From assembly GCA_044222475.1 (NCBI GenBank), contig JBGANF010000042.1:1-55886 (forward strand): a stretch of DNA of 55,886 nt, written 5' to 3'. Both the position numbers and the translations under genes were made by a program. This DNA is from Polyangiaceae bacterium (lineage in GTDB: Bacteria > Myxococcota_A > Polyangia > Polyangiales > Polyangiaceae). Of the stretch, positions 49,540 to 55,886 are shown piece after piece. Position 1 is the first letter of the stretch. Each line of letters starts with the position of its first letter. The notes under the pieces were generated by a model. The model saw only the letters and a list, made by a program, of their open reading frames with translations. It was not told the origin of the DNA and did no database searches.

Positions 49540-50847
49540 ATGGAGGGCCACGAACCGACCAAGCGCGCCGTTCGCGTGCCGAGAACGGGTGTATTCTACA
49601 CCTATCTGGTGTGCGTCCTCGTCGCAGAGATCGCCGCGCTGATCGCGCGCAGCCAGGGCGTGCACGTCCCGCAGCCGGTGTTCTTCTGGCCGCTCTACAT
49701 GCTCGGCCCCGTCCTCGCCTGGACCGCCGTCCCTCGGCAGCGACGCGAGGGGCGCGTTCGGGTCGATGCGGCGGGCGTCACGCTCAACGGCGAGACGCTC
49801 GCCAAGCGCGAGGAGCTCACGATGGGCCTCGTCCGCCGCGAGTCGGAGACCACGTGGCTGAGGCTGTCCGGGAAGAACCGGTGGATGTCGAAGATGCTCG
49901 ACGTCGCGGTGGACGACGGCGTCGAGGCGGAGAAGATCCTCGGCTTTCTCGGGCTCGACGCCAAGAGCCGAACCTCGACGTTCCAGGTGTTTCTGCAAGG
50001 ACACCGGCGCTTCGTCCTCGCGCTCGTCGGCCTCGGCGCGGCGTTCGGCGCCGCGTTGGTCGCGATGCTCGGCATGGCGCGCGGTGGGGCGTCGCCGGCG
50101 TTCTTCCTCGGTGCGCTCGCGGTCCTCTGCGTGGCGATCACCGGAGGGCTCATCGCCGCGGTCCGCTCGCAGCGAGCCACGATCACGGTCGGGGTCGACG
50201 GCCTGAGCATCGACGAGGGGTTCAAGAAGCCTCGCTTCCTCGGCCACGACCGGATCCGCGAGGCGAAGGCGAACGGCACGATGGTCGAGCTGGTCCTCGA
50301 CGACGGCACGACCGTTCGCTACCAGTGCGGCCAACGCACGCAGAACAAGAAGCGCACCCAGGAGGCGCAGCACGTCGCGGAGTCGATCGTCGAGAAGATC
50401 CGGGCCGCTCGCGCCGCGTTCGACGAGCTCTCGGGCGACGCCGGCAACGTCCCCGCGCTCGCCCGCGCTCGACGAACCACCAAGGAGTGGGTCGAGGCGC
50501 TCCGGCGCGTGGCCGAGAGCGAAGGCGCGGGCTACCGCGAAGGGACGGTGCCGCGCGAGCGTCTCCTCCGCGTCGCCGAGTCCGCCCACGCGCCGGAGGC
50601 GTCGCGACTCGCAGCCGCGATCGCGCTCTCGCGCAGCGCGAGCGCGGAAGAGAAGGACCGCCTGCGCGCGCTCGCCACGGCCTCGGCGTCTCCCGAAATG
50701 CAGAAGCGATTCCGCATCGCGATCGACTCGGCGGACGAAACCGCCGTGCTGGAGAAGATGCTCGAAGAAGCCGCCGCGGAAGAAGAAGGGGCGCCGGTCA
50801 GATCAGACCGCCGCGCGGCTCCGGGGGGGTCGACCCGCGAACGCTGA
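49540..50847 (+). CDS. Membrane protein of unknown function
   Basis: Two TM hairpins each followed by a beta-rich segment (VRVDAAGV; ITVGVDGL); helical C-terminus with AGYR and RLAAAIAL. Confidence 0.7.
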   Translation: MEGHEPTKRAVRVPRTGVFYTYLVCVLVAEIAALIARSQGVHVPQPVFFWPLYMLGPVLAWTAVPRQRREGRVRVDAAGVTLNGETLAKREELTMGLVRRESETTWLRLSGKNRWMSKMLDVAVDDGVEAEKILGFLGLDAKSRTSTFQVFLQGHRRFVLALVGLGAAFGAALVAMLGMARGGASPAFFLGALAVLCVAITGGLIAAVRSQRATITVGVDGLSIDEGFKKPRFLGHDRIREAKANGTMVELVLDDGTTVRYQCGQRTQNKKRTQEAQHVAESIVEKIRAARAAFDELSGDAGNVPALARARRTTKEWVEALRRVAESEGAGYREGTVPRERLLRVAESAHAPEASRLAAAIALSRSASAEEKDRLRALATASASPEMQKRFRIAIDSADETAVLEKMLEEAAAEEEGAPVRSDRRAAPGGSTRER

Positions 50848-51532
50848 TCTCGCATCGGGCGCGGACCTCGTTCGGGTCGAGCGCATCGCTGACGGTGATC
50901 TCGAGCCGCGGCGCGTTTGGCGCGCGCGGTAGCGCGATCGCGCGAGACGCGCCGCCGTCGAACGTGAGGTCCAGGTGCTGCCCGCCGCTCGGCGCGCGAC
51001 CGGCCGGACCATAGCTGTATTGTGCACGAATCGCGACGCGGTACCCATCGGCCGGAGCCGGGCTCGAGAGGACGACCGGGAGCTGGAACGGAGCGCTCGA
51101 GTCGACCGTCGACGGGCACTCGAGGCGAATCGAAGGGCGCACGACCTCGAGCTTGATGGCGCTCGTCGGATCGCCTTCGACCGCGATCGACAGCGAGCCC
51201 TTGGCGAGCGCCGCCGGCGGCGGCGTGAAGGTCGCCTCGCTCTGACCGGCGGCGACGTCGAGCCCGAACGAGGTGGAGAACCCTTCGATGACGAGCGTGA
51301 CGTGACGACCTTCGCTGCCCGCAGGGTCCTTCAAGTGGAGCGTCACCTTCGGCGCGGCCGCGGTCGAGATCGGTGACGCCGACACCACCGCACGGTCGAT
51401 CGTGAGCGTGACTCCGCTCGGTGCTTTCGCCGGGGCGGAGGCCGACGCGACCCGAGGCGCGGCGGGCTCGGGCGACGCTGCGCCGCACGCGAACGTGGAG
51501 CACGCGAGAGCCGCGACGAGCGCGGACCTCAT
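50798..51532 (-). CDS. Lipoprotein of unknown function
   Basis: MRSALVAALACSTFAC; ATGA-type overlap with the upstream phosphoesterase. Confidence 0.65.
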   Translation of the reverse strand: MRSALVAALACSTFACGAASPEPAAPRVASASAPAKAPSGVTLTIDRAVVSASPISTAAAPKVTLHLKDPAGSEGRHVTLVIEGFSTSFGLDVAAGQSEATFTPPPAALAKGSLSIAVEGDPTSAIKLEVVRPSIRLECPSTVDSSAPFQLPVVLSSPAPADGYRVAIRAQYSYGPAGRAPSGGQHLDLTFDGGASRAIALPRAPNAPRLEITVSDALDPNEVRARCEISVRGSTPPEPRGGLI

Positions 51533-52986
51533 TTCGCGAACGTCGCCTTGCAGTAGTCGAGCTGGGCTTGGTCGACCGTTGCCGGGGGGAGCGGCGCGGG
51601 CGACAGCGCCTTCGGCGCGGAGAAGTCGAACATGTCCATCAGCGGATCCGCGTTCGCGTCTCGAGCGGTGAGCGCCGGGATCTTGAACTTGGCCTGGATG
51701 AACCGGAGGATCGACGTGTGGTCGTACGTCGTGTGACCGACGTACCCCGGCTTCACGTAGGGCGAGACGACGAGGAGCGGCACGCGGATCCCCAGTCGAT
51801 CGAACTCGCCGCCGGTCGTGTCCCCTTGCTCGTACATCATGGCGTGCGCATCGGGCTTGCACGCCTTGGGCGGCGGCAGGTGATCGTAGTACCCGCCGTG
51901 CTCGTCCCACGTGATGAACAACGCGGTGTGCGCCCACTGCGGGCTCTTCATGAGCGCATCGACGACCTTGGCGATGAACGCTTGTCCGACTTGGATGTCG
52001 GCCGGCGGGTGCTCGTCGTCCTGGGCGGGGCCTTCGGCGCCGATGTGCGGGTCGAGGAAGCTCACCTGCGGGAGCTTGCCGTCCTTGGCCGCGGCGAAGA
52101 AGTCCGTGTCCGCGAACTTCACCGGGTGCCCCCAGCGCGAGAGGAACGTGACGTTGTAGACGACGCCGGCGCCGGGGACACCCGCGCCGTAGAGGCTCCA
52201 GCTCACGTGGCGCTTCTCGAGCTCGTCGAGGACGGTGGCGTCCTTCTCCGGGAACGTGTTCGCGCTGATGTCGGGGAAGCCGTTGAACGTGAGGCCGAAC
52301 GACGTCCCGGCGAGGAGGTACATCCGGTTCGGCCACGTCGGACCGAGGAGCGAGCAGTGGTAGTGGTCCGCGAGAGCGAACGTCTTCGCGAGCGCGTAGT
52401 AGTACGGGATGTCGCGCTCGTCGTAGGTGATCATCGCGCGATCCCCGGTGTTCAGGGGCGGCGGACCGTGGCCTTCGTTGGACTCGACGAAGCCGTCCAT
52501 CTTGCCGTCGTCGTACTGGAGGTGGCTGCCCGACCACTCGTGGTTGACGTCGAGCGTGCACATGCGCGGCGCGTGGACGAGCGGGATGGTCTTGCCCGGG
52601 TTCGCCCCGGTCTTCTCCGGGTTGGACGCGTTCGGCGGCGGGACCTCGACGTCGTTTCGACCCGTGTATTTTGCAAACCCCGCGAAGTAGTTGTCGAAGG
52701 AGTGGTTCTCCATCATGACGACGACGACGTTGTCGATCGGGATGTCCTTGTCGACCGGGGTGCTCGCCCCGAGCGTCTCCGCGGGCATGGATCCAGCTTG
52801 GAACTTGCACGCGGCGCGATCGGCGACCGCGGTCCCGTCCGCGGGCCTCGTCACCGGGCGGTCCCACTCGGGCGGAGTCGGCGGGCGCATGTCGACGTCG
52901 GCGCCGGCGTCGGCCGCCGGTTGGTCGGGGGTGGACTGGCACGCGAGGAGGGCGAGCGGCGCGAAGGCCACGAGGAGCTTCTTCAT
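51529..52986 (-). CDS. Phosphoesterase / phospholipase C-family lipoprotein
   Basis: Lipobox LLAC; MMENHSFDNY, GPTWPNR, DEHPP, TWDEHGGYYDH, LGIRVP, YDHTSIL. Confidence 0.92.
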   Translation of the reverse strand: MKKLLVAFAPLALLACQSTPDQPAADAGADVDMRPPTPPEWDRPVTRPADGTAVADRAACKFQAGSMPAETLGASTPVDKDIPIDNVVVVMMENHSFDNYFAGFAKYTGRNDVEVPPPNASNPEKTGANPGKTIPLVHAPRMCTLDVNHEWSGSHLQYDDGKMDGFVESNEGHGPPPLNTGDRAMITYDERDIPYYYALAKTFALADHYHCSLLGPTWPNRMYLLAGTSFGLTFNGFPDISANTFPEKDATVLDELEKRHVSWSLYGAGVPGAGVVYNVTFLSRWGHPVKFADTDFFAAAKDGKLPQVSFLDPHIGAEGPAQDDEHPPADIQVGQAFIAKVVDALMKSPQWAHTALFITWDEHGGYYDHLPPPKACKPDAHAMMYEQGDTTGGEFDRLGIRVPLLVVSPYVKPGYVGHTTYDHTSILRFIQAKFKIPALTARDANADPLMDMFDFSAPKALSPAPLPPATVDQAQLDYCKATFAK

Positions 52987-53053
52987 CACGGATCCTTGTG
53001 CGCGGAGGATCGCACGATCGGTGGGCGATCGGGTGACGATTCTGGAGCGCCGA

Positions 53054-55117
53054 CTAGGGCGTCGCGGCGGGAGCGACCTTCTTGCACGGGCCGTTCGCGA
53101 GGAGACCGTCGACGCAGGGATCGATGGTGCGCGGGTTGTTCTGGGCGCACACCTGAGTGGCATACGTCCGCGCGTCGCTGCACCGGTTCGCGGCGGCGTA
53201 CGCGGTCACGAGCTGATACCGATAGCTCGTCGCGGTGCGCTTCTCTTCTTCGGTCGTCTGAGGATACGAGTGCAGCGCGGCCGCCATGTCGTCGGCCGCT
53301 TTCCCGATCGCGGTCGGGTCCTTGTTCGTCGTCGCCTTGCCGATCATGATCTGCGCCCGGCGCGCGCGCTCTTCGGGGGTGAGCTGGGCGGTGGGGCAGT
53401 ACATCTGCGCGGAGCCGCTGACCGCGTTCTCGATCTCGACCGGACCCATCTTCTGCATCGTCGGCCGGGGCTCTTGCCAGTAGAGGCGCGCGAGCTTGCG
53501 CCCCTCTTCGCAGCGTCCGGCCATCATCATGCAGTTGGCCTTCATGTACTTGTAGCCGCCGGGATCGGTGTAGCCGGGATCCTTTTCGAGCTTGTCGAAC
53601 GCGTCGAGGCACGCGCGCCCGTCGCCCGCCTGGTGGGCCTGGGACACAGCGAGCATCAGCTTGCTCGTCTCCACGGCGCCGCCGGAGGTCGGGACTCCGG
53701 TCGCGATGGGGGCGACCGTCGCGGTCGCGGTGGCCTTGGGGCCGACGACCGCCGTCATGGTCACGGTCGGCATCGGGACGGCGCTCTGCGCCTCCGCGGC
53801 GGTCGTCGTCGCGCTCGGCGGCGGTTCGGTCGCACCGGCGGCCACCGTCTCGGACGGGGCCGAGCTGGTGATCTTCCCCGAGTAGGCGATCTCGGTGCCG
53901 CCTTGACGTGACTTGTGGACGAGGTAGCCGGCGGTCGCGAGCGTGCTGACGCCAACGAGCGCCAGCGCTGCACCGATGAAGATGCCGACGTGACTCCGCG
54001 CGGGCGCGGGCGGCGGCGCCTGGACTCCGCTCGGCGGATGTACGACGGGCGCCGGTGTCGTGTAGGGGCTCGGCGTGGGCGGCGGAGCGCTCCACCCGAC
54101 GCCCGCGGGTGCCACCGCGGGAGGGGGCGCGCTCCATCCTTGGCCCGGAGGAGGCGGCGCGCTCGGCCCCGGGTTCGGAGGGCGGGCGGAGAACGGCGTC
54201 GCTCCACCGGTCTCGTTGACGCGCACGGCGACTGGGGTGTGCGCGGGCTGCACCGAGGCGAACAGCGTCGAGTCTCCGCGGAGCCAACCACCGAGCTGGG
54301 TGAGCATGGCGCGCGCGGTCGCGTAGCGCTGTGCCGGATCGCGCGCCATCGCGCGCGCGACGATCGCGCGCAACACCGGATCGATGTCGGGGCGGAGTGC
54401 TTCGATGGGCGGCGGCTCGGTCGATGCGAGCATCGCGAGCAAACGTGCTGCCGTCGGTGCCTCGTAGGGGGGCCGACCGGTGAGTGCATGATACATGCAA
54501 GCACCGAGGGCATAGATGTCGGCGCGAGCGTCGACCGCTTCGCTGCGTGCTTGCTCCGGGGCCATGTACGCGAGCGTGCCGACGATGGCGCCGGTGGTGG
54601 TGAGCCGTCCGCCTTCTTCGGCGACCTTCGCGACGCCGAAGTCGAGGAGCTTCACGAGGTCGTCACCGGTGTCGGTACGGCAGAGGAAGACGTTGTCCGG
54701 CTTCACGTCACGGTGAACGAGGCCGGCCTCGTGAGCGGCGGCGAGCGCGGAGAGGACCTGCTCGGCGATTCTCGCCAGGCGCATCGCTTCGACCGAACGA
54801 TCGCGCGCGAGGCGATCGCCGAGCGACTCGCCGACGAGGCGCTCCATGACGAAGAACGGCGGCTCGCCCGGGTTGTCCTGGAAGTCGGTGACGCCGACGA
54901 TGTGCGGGTGCCCGAGGGCGGCGACGGCGCGCGCCTCGCGCTGAAACCGCTGGATCAGGTCGGGATCGTGGGCGAACGGCCCGCTCATGACCTTGATCGC
55001 GACGCGGCGACCGAGGTCCTCCTGGGTGGCCTCGTACACCTCGCCCATCCCACCTCCACCCAGGCGGGCGCCGACGCGATAACGCCCGGCGAGCAGCTGT
55101 CCGGTGAGGGTGAGCAT
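53054..55117 (-). CDS. Transmembrane Ser/Thr protein kinase
   Basis: LGGGGMGEV, AIK, HRDVKPDN, DFG, GTLAYMAPE; Pro-rich linker, TM, Cys-containing helical extracytoplasmic domain. Confidence 0.94.
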   Translation of the reverse strand: MLTLTGQLLAGRYRVGARLGGGGMGEVYEATQEDLGRRVAIKVMSGPFAHDPDLIQRFQREARAVAALGHPHIVGVTDFQDNPGEPPFFVMERLVGESLGDRLARDRSVEAMRLARIAEQVLSALAAAHEAGLVHRDVKPDNVFLCRTDTGDDLVKLLDFGVAKVAEEGGRLTTTGAIVGTLAYMAPEQARSEAVDARADIYALGACMYHALTGRPPYEAPTAARLLAMLASTEPPPIEALRPDIDPVLRAIVARAMARDPAQRYATARAMLTQLGGWLRGDSTLFASVQPAHTPVAVRVNETGGATPFSARPPNPGPSAPPPPGQGWSAPPPAVAPAGVGWSAPPPTPSPYTTPAPVVHPPSGVQAPPPAPARSHVGIFIGAALALVGVSTLATAGYLVHKSRQGGTEIAYSGKITSSAPSETVAAGATEPPPSATTTAAEAQSAVPMPTVTMTAVVGPKATATATVAPIATGVPTSGGAVETSKLMLAVSQAHQAGDGRACLDAFDKLEKDPGYTDPGGYKYMKANCMMMAGRCEEGRKLARLYWQEPRPTMQKMGPVEIENAVSGSAQMYCPTAQLTPEERARRAQIMIGKATTNKDPTAIGKAADDMAAALHSYPQTTEEEKRTATSYRYQLVTAYAAANRCSDARTYATQVCAQNNPRTIDPCVDGLLANGPCKKVAPAATP

Positions 55118-55226
55118 CCGGTGCCCAGCTTAACACGGTGCTGGACGCAGTTCTTCCCGCTGAGAAAAGACGAATTCGGCGGAATGTGGAAAAGGATCGG
55201 GAATGGGAACGAGAGAGCCGTTCCGC

Positions 55227-55886
55227 TCAGCGTTTCGCGCGTTTGTCTCGGGCCTCGAGCTTCGTGCGAGCCTCGACGTGAGCGTGATCGTTCTGCAGCT
55301 TCTCGAGCTCTTCGCGCAGCTGGTCGAGCTTTCTTCCCTCGCCGCCGAGGTCGCGCAGGACCCTCGCGGATGCGTCGCCGGACCCGCGGGTCGAGATCGA
55401 TCTCGAGGGCGGCGCGGAGCGGCCCTCGCGACCGAGTCGCCGATCTCGGCGAAGCCGCGACGTCGATGCGGAGGTGCGGATCGAGTCCTCGAGGAGAACC
55501 ACTCGATCGCCTCGCGGGCGGCGATCGACGCCTTCGGCAGCGCCATGATCGCCGCTCGGCGCACCCGCATCTTCTGTCCGTAGCGCGTCCGCGCCAGCAC
55601 GTGCGGCGTCGCCCGGTCGTCGCGCAGCGCCGCGAGCCCGTCGACCGCGGCGCAGCGGTGACCTCGGCCCAGGAGCTACGGTTGATGACGTCGAGCAGGA
55701 CGTCGTACGCCGCGCTCTGCTTCGTCTTGCCCAGGGCGCGGGCCGCTTCGGCCTCGACCATGTAGCTTCGATCCTTGAGCGCGACGGCCTTGAGAGCCTC
55801 GGCCGCCTTCGCGCTGCGGTAACGCCCGAAGCGCAGCTCGCGACCGCGCGACGAACCTTCGGGTGCTTCGTCTTCAGCGCCTCGAC
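55227..55886 (-). CDS. C-terminal HEAT-repeat/coiled-coil part of a probable M1 aminopeptidase; several frameshifts, partial
   Basis: Consecutive fragments in different frames: SYMVEAEAARALGKTK..RSSWAEV; LARTRYGQKMRVRRAAIMALPK; PHLRIDV; DLDPRVRRRIRE; LREELEKLQNDH. Confidence 0.55.
   Translation of the reverse strand, partial: VEALKTKHPKVRRAVASCASGVTAARRRPRLSRPSRSRIEATWSRPKRPAPWARRSRARRTTSCSTSSTVAPGPRSPLRRGRRARGAARRPGDAARAGADALRTEDAGAPSGDHGAAEGVDRRPRGDRVVLLEDSIRTSASTSRLRRDRRLGREGRSAPPSRSISTRGSGDASARVLRDLGGEGRKLDQLREELEKLQNDHAHVEARTKLEARDKRAKR

Noticed and set aside
47927..49642. Long plus-strand ORFs rich in Arg or Gly
   Set aside because: Antisense shadows of the Pro-rich PilZ gene

Overview
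High-GC, gene-dense chromosomal window with a myxobacterial signature (Polyangiaceae/Labilithrix-like, inferred from gene content): many lipoproteins with DAG/DGG linkers, a MYXO-CTERM-type protease, Hanks-type Ser/Thr kinases, a PilZ protein and Cys-rich secreted proteins. About 50 CDSs, one tRNA-Cys and several REP-like hairpins are present. Housekeeping genes include serS, cysK-cysE, kup and lepB. I found no transposase, integrase or CRISPR array. The best candidates for new biology are: (1) a single ORF fusing an intact BCP/PrxQ peroxiredoxin to an intact cytoplasmic Ser/Thr kinase (4687-6129), a possible peroxide-sensing kinase, convergent on a frameshifted FAD-dependent reductase; (2) a TetR-controlled glycyl-radical enzyme plus activase operon (9014-12902) whose active-site motifs match none of the GRE classes I can recognise; (3) an exported lipin/LNS2-type phosphatase translationally coupled to a UbiA-family prenyltransferase. 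The last ~660 bp is a HEAT-repeat (probably M1 aminopeptidase) tail with several frameshifts, most likely sequence error. All calls come from motif recognition by eye; no searches were run.
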